64,000 nucleotides of DNA. It comes from a virus. Lineage: Duplodnaviria; Caudoviricetes. Numbering within the stretch: position 1 is the stretch's first letter; every line of letters begins with the position of its first letter. Shown here in pieces: positions 51,491 to 62,159 of the stretch. A program made the translations under genes and the position numbers. The stretch lies in IMG/VR virus record IMGVR_UViG_2846920067_000004, positions 983 through 64,982 of that record; one strand, 5' to 3'. The notes under the pieces were generated by a model. The model did no database searches. It was not told the DNA's origin and was given only the letters and a program-made list of their open reading frames with translations.

Positions 51491-54400
51491 ATGTTCGCAC
51501 GAGAAAGCATCTTCGGCGCCAAGGGCGGCGGCGGTGGCAGCCAGCATACCCGGTAGAGTCGCCTGATACTGCGCAGTCGATCAGCTACGGCCGCATGATG
51601 GTGCTGCTGGGCCATGGCGAAACCGGCGGCCCGGCCGACCAGGCCAACCCGCTAAAAAGCATTTACCTGGACGACACGCCGATTCAGAACCCTGACGGCT
51701 CGTTCAACTTCCAGAACATGCAGGTTTCGTATCGCACGGGCACCCAAACGCAGCCAGCGATTCCGGGGTTCCCCGCGGTCGAAACCGAGATTGGCGTGGG
51801 CCTGGAGGTGAAGGCTTCGAACCCGATCACCCAAACTGTGGCTGATGTGAACGCCACCGCCATCCGTGTGACGGTATCGCTGCCCGCCGGCCTGCGCTCC
51901 ACCGATCCGAAAACCGGTGACACCTCTGGTGCGTCGGTGCAGTACGCCATCGATCTGGCGCCGACGAATGGCAAATTTGCCCAAGCTGCCATTGTCACCA
52001 TTTCCGACAAGACTGCCGCCAACTACCAGCGCAGCACACGACTGCCGCTGACCGGCGCCGGCCGTGGCTGGTCCGCGTCCGCCGGATCACGCCCGACAGC
52101 ACGACGCAGTATCTTGCCAACCAGACCGTCTTCACATCCTTCACCAGCATCATCGACGCGCAGCTGCGCTACCCGAATCTGTCGGTGCTCGCGCTGAAGT
52201 TCGACGCGCGCCAATTCAGCCGAATGCCGGCGGTGTCGGTGCTGTGGCAGCAGCTGAAGTGCCAAGTGCCCAGCAATTACGACCCGGTCGCGCGCACGTA
52301 TACCGGCCCATGGGATGGCAACTTCAAGCCGGCAGTGACCAGTAATCCCGTCTGGTATTTGTGGACCTACTGCACGGACAGCCGATTCGGTATCAATATT
52401 CCGGCGGCCAACATGGACCGATGGGGATGTACGCCATCGCGCAGTGGTGCGACCAGTTGGTCCCAGACGGGTACGGTGGGTTCGAGCCGCGGTTCCAGTT
52501 CCACAACTTCCAGCAGGATACGCAGGACGCCTGGAAGGTCGTGTCCGACATCGTGTCTTCATTCTGCGGCCAGGCCTACTGGTCCGCCGGCGGCATTCGG
52601 ATTGTGGCAGACATGCCTGGCAAGCAGCCGGTCAAGCACTTCAACGCGACCAACGTCATTGATGGCAAATTCACCTATTCGTCCACGCCGAAGAATGGGC
52701 GCTTCACTGCGGCGGCCGTGGCGTGGACGGACCCGAGCGACCGCTATCGGCGCGCGGTGGAGTACGCCGAACACGGCCAAGGGCTGCTGACCTATGGGCT
52801 GCAGCAGACCTCAGCGGTGGCGATGGGCGCGGTTACACGCGGCCAGGCGCGCCGCTGTGGTCGATACATCCTGGAGACTGCGCAGCGCTGCACTGAGATG
52901 GTGACGTTCAAAGCGGCGGCCTACGGCGCTGACCTCCAGCCTGGCGACCTGTTCTCGACGTCCGACTTCCACGTTGCCGGCGCGCGGATGGGCGGCCGGG
53001 TGGTGTCGGTCGCCGGCACCGCAGTCAAATTGGATGCGCCGGTTACGCTGCAATCGGGTGTGACCTACACGCTGGAGGTGACCGGGCCGGATGGCGTGCC
53101 AGTTCGTCGCGGCGTAGTCGCGCCGCCGGGCACGACCGACACCCTAAGCATCGTTTCGCCGTACCCGGTCCAGCCGGTTGCCGGTGCCACCTGGGTGCTG
53201 ATCGCGACCAATCTGCAGCCGGACCTGTGGACCTGCGTTTCCATCAAGTCGGTGGACAATGGCGAGTTCGAAATCTCAGGCCTGCAGTACGACCCGAATA
53301 AGTGGGCCGCCATCGAGACCGGACTTCGCTTCGACCCGGCGCCGACGAGCAATCTGCCAGACCCCGGCGTGATGCCGCCAGTCCTGGCGGTTCAAATGCA
53401 GGAGCAGCCCCACCTGACGCCAGACGGCGGCCGGAAGGTCAAGCTGTTGGTGGACTGGCCGGCGGTCGTTCACCCGTATTTGCGCAGCTACCGGGTGACC
53501 TACCGACAAAACGGCGGGAACTGGGTTGCGCTGCCGGACCAGGTCAGCAACCACGCTGAAATCGTGGACGTGGTGCCGGGCAATTACGATGTCCGGGTGT
53601 CGACGGTATCGGTGACCGGAGTCGTCAGCATTCCAGTGACGGGCAACCAGCAGACTCAAGGGCAGGTGACGCCGCCGCCGGCGCCGACGTTGTCGGCCGT
53701 GGGTGGCGCGATGAAGGTCGATCTGACGTGGGCGTATCCTGCCGGCCGGCCGGACATCAAGCGGGCCGAGCTGTTCTATAGCGCCACGGCGGCTGATCCG
53801 AACCCTGGCAAGTTGGCGGACTTTGGCTATCCCACGGCGGCCTTTACCTTTCAAGGTGCGCAGCTGGGCGTGACTTACTTTTTCTGGCTTCGCATCTACG
53901 ACACCTGGGGGAATGTTTCGGCGTTTGCCACGGCCCAGGCTCAGACAGTGAAAGATCCGGCGCTTCTGCTCCAGCAACTGCAGGGCGGCGTCGACTACAG
54001 CCTGCTGGCGCCGGACGTTGCCGGAAATATCAATGGCACTGCGGCGGCGCTGCTGCGCGCTGTGCTGCAGATTGACAGCAGCTGGTCCCAGGCACGCGGC
54101 GCGCGCGTTGCCAGTGCAAACGCGGCAGCGGCGATCGTCAACGAGCAGCAGATCCGCGCGGATCAGGACGCTGCAATAGCGTCCAACCTCAGTGCGCTAC
54201 AGACAGCGGTCAACGGCAACTCGGCCACAGTTACCGAGCTGTCGAGGTCGATAGATGGGGTGATGGGCCAGTGGTCGGTCAAAATCCAACTGGATGGTAA
54301 CGGCAACCCCCGCGTTGCCGGCGTGCAGCTAAATAATGGAATCAGCGGCTCGTCGTTTGCGGTGCTGGCCGACAAATTTCAGGTGTCTATGCCGGATGGC

Positions 54401-55051
54401 AGCAATCCGGTGCCTGCATTCACCGTCGGAAAAATCAACGGGCAGATTGCGGTAGGGATCAACGGATCTCTGATTACGGATGGGACGATTGTCGGGCGCC
54501 GACTGATTGCGCCGGAGTCTATCGACGCCGGGCAGATTAACAGCCGCGGCCTAACAATTCGTGATCCTGCTGGCACGGTAGTGGTCGACTACTCAGGGAT
54601 GGGGGCTGGCTATATCAAGGGGCTGCTGACGGTCGGCCAGATCGACACCGAGGGTTTGCGGATTACACGGAACGGGGTAACCATCGTCGACGCCAACGGC
54701 GTGGATGCGACCTATGTCCGGAATTTGTCGGTGGATACGCTTCAGATCAAGGGCGAAGCTGTTAGCAAAAACGACACGCGGACGGTCACGGTGAATGGAT
54801 GGCAGAGCGGCTGGAATTTTTCATTCCCGTTCTACTGTAGCGACCGTGGTACGCTGCTCGTGTTTGGCGACGCACCGTTCCAGTCGGTAAATCTGCAGGC
54901 CCGTGGGCGGGGGACTGGCATCGGCAATGGCAGTGGCTCGCTGGTGCTGGATGTATCTGCCGGTGAGACCGTTACCGTCGGTGTTTCCACGCTCGGTGGT
55001 TTTTCTGCGGTTGGTCAGGTGAGGTATGGGGCCGTGCTGTTCCGGCGATAG
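51491..55051 (+). CDS. Central tail fibre / host specificity protein gpJ-like (frameshifted)
   Basis: GAKGGG start, SIYLDDTPIQN, WDGNFK..SNP, FN3 repeats, FAVLADKF. Confidence 0.92.
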
Positions 55052-55059
55052 AGGGGATC

Positions 55060-55422
55060 ATGGAGAAAATCAGCATCATCGAGTATGACGAGGAGACTGG
55101 CTGCATCCTGCAGATCGGCGTCGCGCCGCGTGAAAACGTTGAGGTCGAATTTGCTATGGGCAAACCACTGCTGCAGGGCGAGGCCGATCCGCTGACGCAG
55201 TACATCGCCGGCGGCGAGATCGCGCCGCGGCCGGCGAACCCGACCCGGTTGGATGGTATGGTGCTGCGCGACCTGCCGGCGCCGTGTCGGCTGATCCTGG
55301 ACGGCGTGGAGTACAACTGCGACGACGCCGAATGCGAGCTGTCGTTTGCACTGCCGGGGCTGCACCACATTCAGGTCGATGCCTGGCCGGCGCAGTCGGC
55401 GGTATTTGAGGTGGTGACATGA
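55060..55422 (+). CDS. Tail-associated hypothetical protein
   Basis: RBS; follows gpJ. Confidence 0.65.
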   Translation: MEKISIIEYDEETGCILQIGVAPRENVEVEFAMGKPLLQGEADPLTQYIAGGEIAPRPANPTRLDGMVLRDLPAPCRLILDGVEYNCDDAECELSFALPGLHHIQVDAWPAQSAVFEVVT

Positions 55423-55643
55423 TGCAGATCCATCATCACGGCGATCACCGGGCTGCACGCAAATCGCAGTACCCGCCATTGGGCGACCAATGGGATGTGC
55501 TGTGGCGCTGGGTATCCAGCCTGCCGCCTGAGTTGCTCAACGACGAGATGCGGCAAATGCTGGAACGCATCAGGGCCGTAAAAACAAATTTCCCGAAGCC
55601 CCGCCCGACACCAACCGGCGGGGCTGATACTTTGGAGGGGTGA
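55419..55643 (+). CDS. Tail-associated small protein
   Basis: RKSQYPPLGDQWD.LW...IRAVK..FPKP motif. Confidence 0.7.
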   Translation: MMQIHHHGDHRAARKSQYPPLGDQWDVLWRWVSSLPPELLNDEMRQMLERIRAVKTNFPKPRPTPTGGADTLEG

Positions 55644-56374
55644 TGGCAGAACCTACCATGGGAGAGTTGCTGGCATCGGTTACCCAGCTGATGCAGCGCT
55701 ACAACCTGACAATGGACCAGTTTAATGCGTGGCTGACTGGGAGCGGCATGGTCACGCTGACCGATGCTGCCGGCGGCCAGCGCACGGTGCCCAGCGCGGC
55801 TAACGTGCTGCGTGCCGACGGATCAAACGCGAGCGGCACCTGGCCGATTTCGATCGGCGGGCAGGCTGCCAGCGTGCGCAGCATCACCGCGCAGCAGATC
55901 AACGCCGCACTCGGCACGCCTCCGCTGCGGGCCGACAACATACCCAGCACCGATGCGGATAGGGTCTACGTGCGCCTGGGGACATTCGCCGCCGCGCAGA
56001 ACGGCGCAAAACTGCGTGTCAGCATCATGTACAGCCAGGGTTTTACCGCTGGCTCGGATCAGATTGGGATGGCGGAGCTGGTATTTGCAACGAGCAACGG
56101 CGCAAGATCTCAGCCCGGTTCGTCCGGGCCGTTTTTCGGGGCGGGCATCGCGTACGCGTTTGGCAATGCATCGTTGCAATTCGTAGTTCTTCAGAACTCT
56201 CAGGCGCTGTATACCGTGTACGCGATCATGCAACCGTGGTCCGGGGCCTGCAGTTGTAATGCATGGGGAGATACGACAAATGGGGGGTGGACCAGCAACA
56301 TCCAGAACACCGGAACTGCGGCGCCGGCCGGCAACTACATCACGATCCCCGTTCGAGTGATGCAGACGGTATAG
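55640..56374 (+). CDS. Putative tail fibre / receptor-binding protein
   Basis: VTLTD..G..TVPS N-terminus, NASGTWPISI.G repeat, beta-rich C-terminus. Confidence 0.6.
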   Translation: MMAEPTMGELLASVTQLMQRYNLTMDQFNAWLTGSGMVTLTDAAGGQRTVPSAANVLRADGSNASGTWPISIGGQAASVRSITAQQINAALGTPPLRADNIPSTDADRVYVRLGTFAAAQNGAKLRVSIMYSQGFTAGSDQIGMAELVFATSNGARSQPGSSGPFFGAGIAYAFGNASLQFVVLQNSQALYTVYAIMQPWSGACSCNAWGDTTNGGWTSNIQNTGTAAPAGNYITIPVRVMQTV

Positions 56375-56382
56375 GAGAATCA

Positions 56383-56673
56383 ATGACCCACATTTTGATA
56401 GCCATTGTGATTTGTCAGCAGCTGCTTGACATCGCCAGCACCTGGTACTCGCTGCGCACCGGCATCGGCCGCGAGGCGAACGGCTGGCTGGCGCGCGTAA
56501 TGAGCCGCGTCGGCGTGCTGCCGGCGCTGCTGCTGACCAAGCTCTCGCTGCTGGCCGCGTGCTGGTGGCTGCGGCCGCCATGGCCAGCCTACGCGATCCT
56601 AGCGGCGATATACACCGCGGTGCTGATCAACAACGCGAGAGCAATCCACCAGGGCCGGCAAAACCGGCCCTGA
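56383..56673 (+). CDS. Membrane protein (DUF5658-like)
   Basis: LLDIASTW...GREANG...VLINN. Confidence 0.65.
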   Translation: MTHILIAIVICQQLLDIASTWYSLRTGIGREANGWLARVMSRVGVLPALLLTKLSLLAACWWLRPPWPAYAILAAIYTAVLINNARAIHQGRQNRP

Positions 56674-56690
56674 TTCATTTAGGAGCAATC

Positions 56691-56981
56691 ATGCTGAAAA
56701 AACTGCACGACTACCGAATCTACTTCCTCATCCTGCCGGCAACGCTGGCGCTGTACTGGATCGACTCAGTCATCGCGCAGACGTGGCTGCAGCTCGGCCT
56801 GGCTCTGCCGGTGCTGGTGGGCGTGGCACTGCTGCTTCGCAAAGCGCTGTTCCATGTCGATGTGTCGGAGGCCGCCGACATCGCGCTACATGCGCCCACC
56901 GGCGCCGCCCTGGTGGTACTGGCCGACCGACTGTTCATGGCTGCTGTGGTGATTGGCGGTGTGCTATGGCTGCGGGGCTGA
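56691..56981 (+). CDS. Putative holin (three TM segments)
   Basis: Hydrophobic ~96 aa directly upstream of and overlapping the endolysin. Confidence 0.6.
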   Translation: MLKKLHDYRIYFLILPATLALYWIDSVIAQTWLQLGLALPVLVGVALLLRKALFHVDVSEAADIALHAPTGAALVVLADRLFMAAVVIGGVLWLRG

Positions 56982-57580
56982 GCGCCGGCGCGCTGGCCCT
57001 GCTGCCGCTGCTGAGCGCGGCGGTGGCTCAGCACTGGCCTGACATGCCGTCTCGCTCGGTGCTGGCGGCGCAGGTGGAGCAGGAAAGCGACTGGCGCGAG
57101 CGGGCGGTGCTGAAGACCTCCCGCGAATACGGCGCCGGGCTGGGCCAGTTCACCAAGGCGTATCGGGCGGACGGCAGCGTGCGCTTCGACGCGATCCGGG
57201 AAATGGCCGCGCGCCATCCGGAGCTGCGCGGCTGGGGCTGGCAGAATGCTTTCGATCCGCGCTACCAGCTGACGGCGATGGTGCTGAAGAACCGCGACAA
57301 CTATCGGCTGATACGCTGGGCCGAAGGTGAGGACAGGCTGGCGATGATGGATGCCGCCTACAATTCCGGCTTCGGTTCGGTGCTGCAGCGGCGTCGGCGC
57401 TGCGCCAACACCGATGGCTGCGATCCCGGCCGCTGGTTCGGCGGTTTGGAGCGGACCAGTGGGCAATCCACGCGCCGGCAGTCGGGCTACGGCCAGTCCT
57501 TCGCCGATATCACCAACACGCATGTCCGCAACGTGATGATCGTTCGGCGCCCGAAATACCGGGCCTATTTTGGAGAATGA
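56966..57580 (+). CDS. Endolysin, lytic transglycosylase (SLT) family
   Basis: AQVEQES, GLGQF, AAYNSG motifs. Confidence 0.88.
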   Translation: MAAGLSAGALALLPLLSAAVAQHWPDMPSRSVLAAQVEQESDWRERAVLKTSREYGAGLGQFTKAYRADGSVRFDAIREMAARHPELRGWGWQNAFDPRYQLTAMVLKNRDNYRLIRWAEGEDRLAMMDAAYNSGFGSVLQRRRRCANTDGCDPGRWFGGLERTSGQSTRRQSGYGQSFADITNTHVRNVMIVRRPKYRAYFGE

Positions 57581-57821
57581 AATGGGTGATGAAGTTGTGC
57601 TGCCGCGCGAGGAGTTCCGGGAGCTGCTGGAAGCGGCGGCAAAGCAGGGCGCGCGCCAGGCGCTGGATGAGGCCGGAGTGGACGATGCTGTCCGCCTGGC
57701 GAAACGAGTGGATGGGATCAGTGACGCCATCCTGAAGGCGCTGGCCGGCGGCATCGTGGTCGGGCTGCTGGCGGCTATCTGGGCGGGCGTCTCCGTCCTG
57801 GCCAAAGCCAAAGGAGGGTGA
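57570..57821 (+). CDS. Small membrane protein of the lysis cassette
   Basis: AAKQGARQAL..GV motif; C-terminal TM helix. Confidence 0.65.
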   Translation: MENEMGDEVVLPREEFRELLEAAAKQGARQALDEAGVDDAVRLAKRVDGISDAILKALAGGIVVGLLAAIWAGVSVLAKAKGG

Positions 57822-58297
57822 TTATGCCGTGGAAGGAAATCGCACTGGCCGCCGTTCTGGCGGCCTTGGCTTTTCTGGGCTGGGAGATGCGGGCCGAGAT
57901 CGCCCAGCGTGACGCCGCAGTGGCGCGCGCCAGCCAGGCCCAGCAGCTGGCAACTGCCACCCAGGCCACCCGGGCGCGTGAGCATCAAGCGGCAGCAGAT
58001 GACGCGGCCACGGCGGCCGCCTACGAAAAGGATTTGGAAGATGGGAAATTGGAACTTCAGGCTGCCCTGGCTCGCCATGCTGCTGCTCTCCGGCTGCGCC
58101 AGCAACAACCCGCCGCCGGGCGCGGCGATCTGCCCGCAGTTACCGCCGGCGCCGGCCAGCGTGATGGTACCGCGCCAGCCGACTTTTCTGCGGCGCATGG
58201 AGACGATGCTCTCCGACTTGCCGCAGAAGCCGACGACGTTGTCCGGCAGCTCGCTGCCTGCCAAGCAATAGTGGGAAGTGATCGCGCCGCGCAGTAG
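57818..58297 (+). CDS. Rz: i-spanin (Rz-like)
   Basis: N-terminal TM, coiled coil, ADDVVRQLAACQ ending. Confidence 0.85.
   Translation: MIMPWKEIALAAVLAALAFLGWEMRAEIAQRDAAVARASQAQQLATATQATRAREHQAAADDAATAAAYEKDLEDGKLELQAALARHAAALRLRQQQPAAGRGDLPAVTAGAGQRDGTAPADFSAAHGDDALRLAAEADDVVRQLAACQAIVGSDRAAQ
58041..58271 (+). CDS. Rz1: o-spanin lipoprotein (Rz1-like) embedded in Rz
   Basis: +1 frame, lipobox LLSGC, Pro-rich. Confidence 0.8.
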   Translation: MGNWNFRLPWLAMLLLSGCASNNPPPGAAICPQLPPAPASVMVPRQPTFLRRMETMLSDLPQKPTTLSGSSLPAKQ

Positions 58298-58313
58298 CTG
58301 CTATGCTTTGTGC

Positions 58314-58928
58314 ATGTGCGTAAACTTCACCCCACCCACGGCGCAGCAGATCCGTCAGTACTTTGGCTATGAGGTCGGCGACGATCTTTGGCGGCCAGAA
58401 TGTTGGCAGGACTACGCTGCGCCGATCATCACCCGCGATGGGTTGCGGCTAGCGTCTTATGGTTTCGTTCCTAAGCGCCACCTACCGCCCGGCGTCCGTC
58501 TCACAACCATGAACGCTCGCGCCGAGACAATCGGGGAGAAGCCGACGTACAAGGCGGCTTGGCGCAAGTGCCAGCTTTGTCTGGTTCCGATGCAAGCCTT
58601 TTTCGAGCCTTGCTACGAGACGGGCAAGGCGGTGCGCATGCGGATCGGAATGGCCGGCGGCGAGCCGTTTGCCGTGGCAGGCATGTGGCGTGAGTGGCAG
58701 GAGCCGGAGGGCTCGACCAGCTACGCATTTACGCAGATCACAATCAACGCAGACGAGCACCCGCTAATGAAGCGCATGCACAAGCCCGGCGATGAAAAGC
58801 GTAGCTTGGTTGTAATTTCGCGATCCGACTATGATGAATGGCTTAGCTTTCGTGACCCTGAGTTTGCCAGACGTATTATAATTCCCTTTTCTGATGATGC
58901 GTTCGTTGCAACTTCTGGGGTGAAATAA
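58314..58928 (+). CDS. SRAP (SOS response-associated peptidase / HMCES-like)
   Basis: MC start, NARAET, CLVP..AFFEP, HPLMKRMH. Confidence 0.92.
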   Translation: MCVNFTPPTAQQIRQYFGYEVGDDLWRPECWQDYAAPIITRDGLRLASYGFVPKRHLPPGVRLTTMNARAETIGEKPTYKAAWRKCQLCLVPMQAFFEPCYETGKAVRMRIGMAGGEPFAVAGMWREWQEPEGSTSYAFTQITINADEHPLMKRMHKPGDEKRSLVVISRSDYDEWLSFRDPEFARRIIIPFSDDAFVATSGVK

Positions 58929-59314
58929 TGATTCCAGGCATTGAGAAAGAGCACGCAGTAGAAACGTACAAGTCATTAATATCAATTTCGACCGAAGGAA
59001 TAAAAGTCCTTGGCCTTTTGAATGGAGGGGCGGCTGTCTCTATTTTGGCTTTTTTGGGCAATATTTCTTCAAAAATAGGTAAAGTGCCAGACTTGCGTTT
59101 TGCCATGGCGGCTTATGTTGTTGGATTGTTTTTATATGGTGTTTGCTTTGTACTAAGCTACCTTACCCAGTTAAGACTTTTCAATGAATCGATGGGCCGG
59201 GGCGGGAAGCATTCAAAATATCTAAATTGGGCAATATATTCTTGTCTTTTCAGTTTGTTTTGTTTTTTAATTGGCTCAATTGCAGCCGTGTGTGCCTTTC
59301 AAGTATTGGTGTAA
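58928..59314 (+). CDS. Low-GC membrane protein
   Basis: LLNGGAAVSILAFLG motif; three TM segments; stop/start overlap with SRAP. Confidence 0.7.
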   Translation: MIPGIEKEHAVETYKSLISISTEGIKVLGLLNGGAAVSILAFLGNISSKIGKVPDLRFAMAAYVVGLFLYGVCFVLSYLTQLRLFNESMGRGGKHSKYLNWAIYSCLFSLFCFLIGSIAAVCAFQVLV

Positions 59315-59315
59315 T

Positions 59316-60572
59316 TTATCCTACAGTCAGCAACTCATCCAGCCGCGTTGTATAGCACGACGAGCGCAGATCTTGTCGCATGTGCCAGTCCGCAGTCAGT
59401 TGCTCGGCGGCGGTGCGCAGCGTGCCGCGCCCCCAGTCTCTGTTGATCTTGTCCATGGTGGCCATCAACCGCTCGCGGCGCGGGTCTGGCGGTGCGGCGA
59501 ACAGATCCGACTGCTGCACTCTTTCGTCGCCGATTTCCATCAACATGATGCCGGCTTTGTGATAGCGGAAGCCCGGTCGGTAGACGTGGCGCAGGCCGGC
59601 CAGCGCCGCCCTGGTGATCAGCAGCGTGTCGTTGCTGGGCTGAACAAGTGGCACGACGATATAGGGCCGGTATTGTGGCGTGTCGGCAAACGGGCTGGTC
59701 ATGATCTGTACTGCTACCAGCTTGGCCACGCTGCGCTGCTGGCGAAGCTTCTCAGCGCCGCGGGCGGCATGGTGAGCAACAGAAGCAGCCAGGGTGGCCA
59801 GGTCGGTGACTTTTTCGCTGAACGAGCGCGATGCGATGATCTGTTGCTTCGTCGGCGCCACGTCCTCCAGCACCAGACATGACACGCCGTTCAGTTCCTG
59901 CACCGTTCGCTCCACCACGACCGAAAACTGCCGCTTGATCCGCCGCGGATCAGCCCGCTTCAGGTCCAGTGCGGTGGTGATGCCCATCGCACCGAGTTTT
60001 TCAGTCAGCCGGCCGCCGATGCCCCAGATGTCGCCAACAGGCATTTGCCCCATCAGCGTGTCAGCCTCGGCCTCACTCAGCCAGTCCCATGCGAACACGC
60101 CGCCCCATTCTGGCCGCTTCTTCGCCACTCGGTTGGCGAGCTTTGCCAGGGTTTTCGATGTGCCGAACCCGACGCATGTCGGGATGCCGACCCGCTGCAG
60201 CACAGCTTGCCGGATGCGATGACCGTGGCTGTCCAGATCCGACATGCCATCCATCGCCAGGAAGCATTCGTCGATGGAATAGACCTCTTGGCCCGCGGCG
60301 AACTCGGACAGCACGCGCATCATGCGGTTGCTCATATCACCGTAGAGCGCGTAGTTCGAACTGAATACCGCCACCTTGTGCCGCCGGCAGAGCCCGGCGA
60401 TCTCGAAGAATGGCCCGAACATTTTCAGGCCCAAAGCCTTGGCCTCGGCGCTGGCGGCCACCACGCAGCCGTCGTTGTTGCTCAGCACCACGATGGGCCT
60501 GCCGGCGAGGTCGGGCCGGAACACCCGCTCACAGGACGCATAGAAGGTGTTGCCGTCGACCAGGGCGAACAT
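59316..60572 (-). CDS. umuC: Y-family translesion polymerase UmuC
   Basis: [35 protein letters not shown]. Confidence 0.96.
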   Translation of the reverse strand: MFALVDGNTFYASCERVFRPDLAGRPIVVLSNNDGCVVAASAEAKALGLKMFGPFFEIAGLCRRHKVAVFSSNYALYGDMSNRMMRVLSEFAAGQEVYSIDECFLAMDGMSDLDSHGHRIRQAVLQRVGIPTCVGFGTSKTLAKLANRVAKKRPEWGGVFAWDWLSEAEADTLMGQMPVGDIWGIGGRLTEKLGAMGITTALDLKRADPRRIKRQFSVVVERTVQELNGVSCLVLEDVAPTKQQIIASRSFSEKVTDLATLAASVAHHAARGAEKLRQQRSVAKLVAVQIMTSPFADTPQYRPYIVVPLVQPSNDTLLITRAALAGLRHVYRPGFRYHKAGIMLMEIGDERVQQSDLFAAPPDPRRERLMATMDKINRDWGRGTLRTAAEQLTADWHMRQDLRSSCYTTRLDELLTVG

Positions 60573-60997
60573 CAGCGGAACCGTTTCACGCAGCCGCGCA
60601 CCACGCCCCATATCTCCAGTTCCTGGCCATCGGCCAGCTGGATAGGAGGGTAGGCCGGGTTCTCGGCGATCAGCGCGCAGCGACCGCGCATGCGGTGCAG
60701 ACGCTTGACGGTGAACTCGCCGTCGAGCACAGCGATCACTATGTCCCCATGGTTTGCCGTCAGCCCCTTATCCACGACCAGCAGGTCGCCGGCGGCAATG
60801 CCGGCGCCGATCATGGAGTCGCCGCGCACACGGACGATGAACGTCGCAGGCGGGTCGGTCACGAGATAGTCGTGCAGGTTGATGTTGTCGTCGAGGTAGT
60901 CGTCGGCGGGCGATGGAAAACCGGCCCGCACAGGCGACAACACGAGAGGCAGCGGCTGACCGCCTGGCTGGGGTGTCAGATACGGAATGGGATACAT
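60572..60997 (-). CDS. umuD: UmuD (S24 peptidase)
   Basis: [10 protein letters not shown] cleavage site, GDSM, TVKRL. Confidence 0.95.
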   Translation of the reverse strand: MYPIPYLTPQPGGQPLPLVLSPVRAGFPSPADDYLDDNINLHDYLVTDPPATFIVRVRGDSMIGAGIAAGDLLVVDKGLTANHGDIVIAVLDGEFTVKRLHRMRGRCALIAENPAYPPIQLADGQELEIWGVVRGCVKRFR

Positions 60998-61008
60998 AGC
61001 CGTCTACA

Positions 61009-61026
61009 TGAATTTGTACAAATTCA
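61009..61026. promoter_or_regulatory. Perfect 18-bp palindrome upstream of umuD
   Basis: TGAATTTGTACAAATTCA, 11 bp from the umuD start. Confidence 0.7.
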
Positions 61027-61159
61027 AATTAGACCACGGCCAAGAGAATATCAAAACGGGTTTTTAGTATGCTTTCGGCAAGGGCGTGGCTTCTTGCCAC
61101 AATCGCGCCACAAAACGGCGCTACAAGAGCGCCGGCCAGGAGTAGGGCGGATAGTTTCA

Positions 61160-61363
61160 TCAGTTGGGCCTTTGCAGTTGGTAGCCATGCTGCCGCCGGC
61201 GGCGGTCAATGTCCTTGAGCCGCGCCGTGCTGAATGGTTCTGTCGCCATGCCGCCACGCCGGCTCCCGCGACCACCCCAGGCGCGCACGATCACCGGCCT
61301 GTCGAACAGGTCCAGCTGGATAGCGATAGCGTAGTAGCGGTCGGGGGAGAGATAGAGGCGCAT
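61160..61363 (-). CDS. WGR-domain-like small protein
   Basis: RYYAIAIQLDLF...VRAWGGRGS...RRRQHGY. Confidence 0.7.
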   Translation of the reverse strand: MRLYLSPDRYYAIAIQLDLFDRPVIVRAWGGRGSRRGGMATEPFSTARLKDIDRRRRQHGYQLQRPN

Positions 61364-61448
61364 GGCGGATTGCTCCTGAATTTGCAATCAGCATGGCAAC
61401 GATGCGCGTATTACGCAAATTTGCAGCGAGTGATGCGCGGATTGTGTG

Positions 61449-61829
61449 TCAATTGGGCGACGGGGCGGCGGCGAGCATGGCACGGGCCTCAGCAACAATA
61501 TGTCCGTGGATGAATCCACAGCGAACCTCATCAAGCGCCTGTTTGTCTGCCCTCTCGCACTCATCGACAAGACGTTGCAACATCAATCGCCACAAATCCG
61601 GCACGGCCGGCGCGGGCTGCGCCGCGTCGCTTAGACGATCTGCAAGCATTCCGAGGCGTGCTACACGTCCGCGCTGTTCGGTTTCGCGTGCCATGCTCTC
61701 GGCCACTGCTTCGCCGCTCTGCTCGGCAGCGGCGGCCAGCGTTGCTTGGCACAGCCGGCGCATATCCGCGCGCTCGTCGGTGTCCGGGGACCATCCCATG
61801 CTGTCTATGATTGCGTCGATGTCGATCAT
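61449..61829 (-). CDS. Hypothetical protein
   Basis: GGAG RBS before MIDIDAIIDSMG. Confidence 0.55.
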   Translation of the reverse strand: MIDIDAIIDSMGWSPDTDERADMRRLCQATLAAAAEQSGEAVAESMARETEQRGRVARLGMLADRLSDAAQPAPAVPDLWRLMLQRLVDECERADKQALDEVRCGFIHGHIVAEARAMLAAAPSPN

Positions 61830-61849
61830 TGGTTTCTCCAGTTCGATGA

Positions 61850-61921
61850 GCCATTGCGCATGTGCGCAAATGGGTAAATGAGCAGGTGAGCAAAAGGGCA
61901 AATGCGCAAATGGGCATTTAC
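61850..61921. repeat. Tandem 8-bp repeat array, candidate centromere (parS/parH-like)
   Basis: GCCATTGC GCATGTGC GCAAATGG GTAAATGA GCAGGTGA GCAAAAGG GCAAATGC GCAAATGG GCATTTAC. Confidence 0.7.
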
Positions 61922-62159
61922 CCTCTTTGTAGGGGCGCAGCGGCGGCAGGCCGCGCTCGGCAAGCACTCGGCTGTAGCCATCGACACCCAAATCCTGCAG
62001 ACTGGTCCGCTCGACGGTGGCGAGATCGGCAAGGCGGCGATGGTCGTCTCGGTGGACCTTCACCTTGATCGAGACGTAGTCCGGCAGCGGCTTCTCCTCC
62101 TTGGCTGGCGCTTCCATTTCGCCGGCACCCAAGAAATCCTTCAGGCTTGTCTTGCTCAT
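61918..62159 (-). CDS. ParG-like ribbon-helix-helix partition protein (stop probably lost by a missing G)
   Basis: Flexible N-tail, then VSIKVKV-HRDDHRRLADLATVERTSLQDL..GY...RGLPP; overlaps the parA stop. Confidence 0.75.

Noticed and set aside
51491-56374. Diversity-generating retroelement or invertible tail-fibre cassette
   Set aside because: No reverse transcriptase, invertase or TR/VR repeat pair seen
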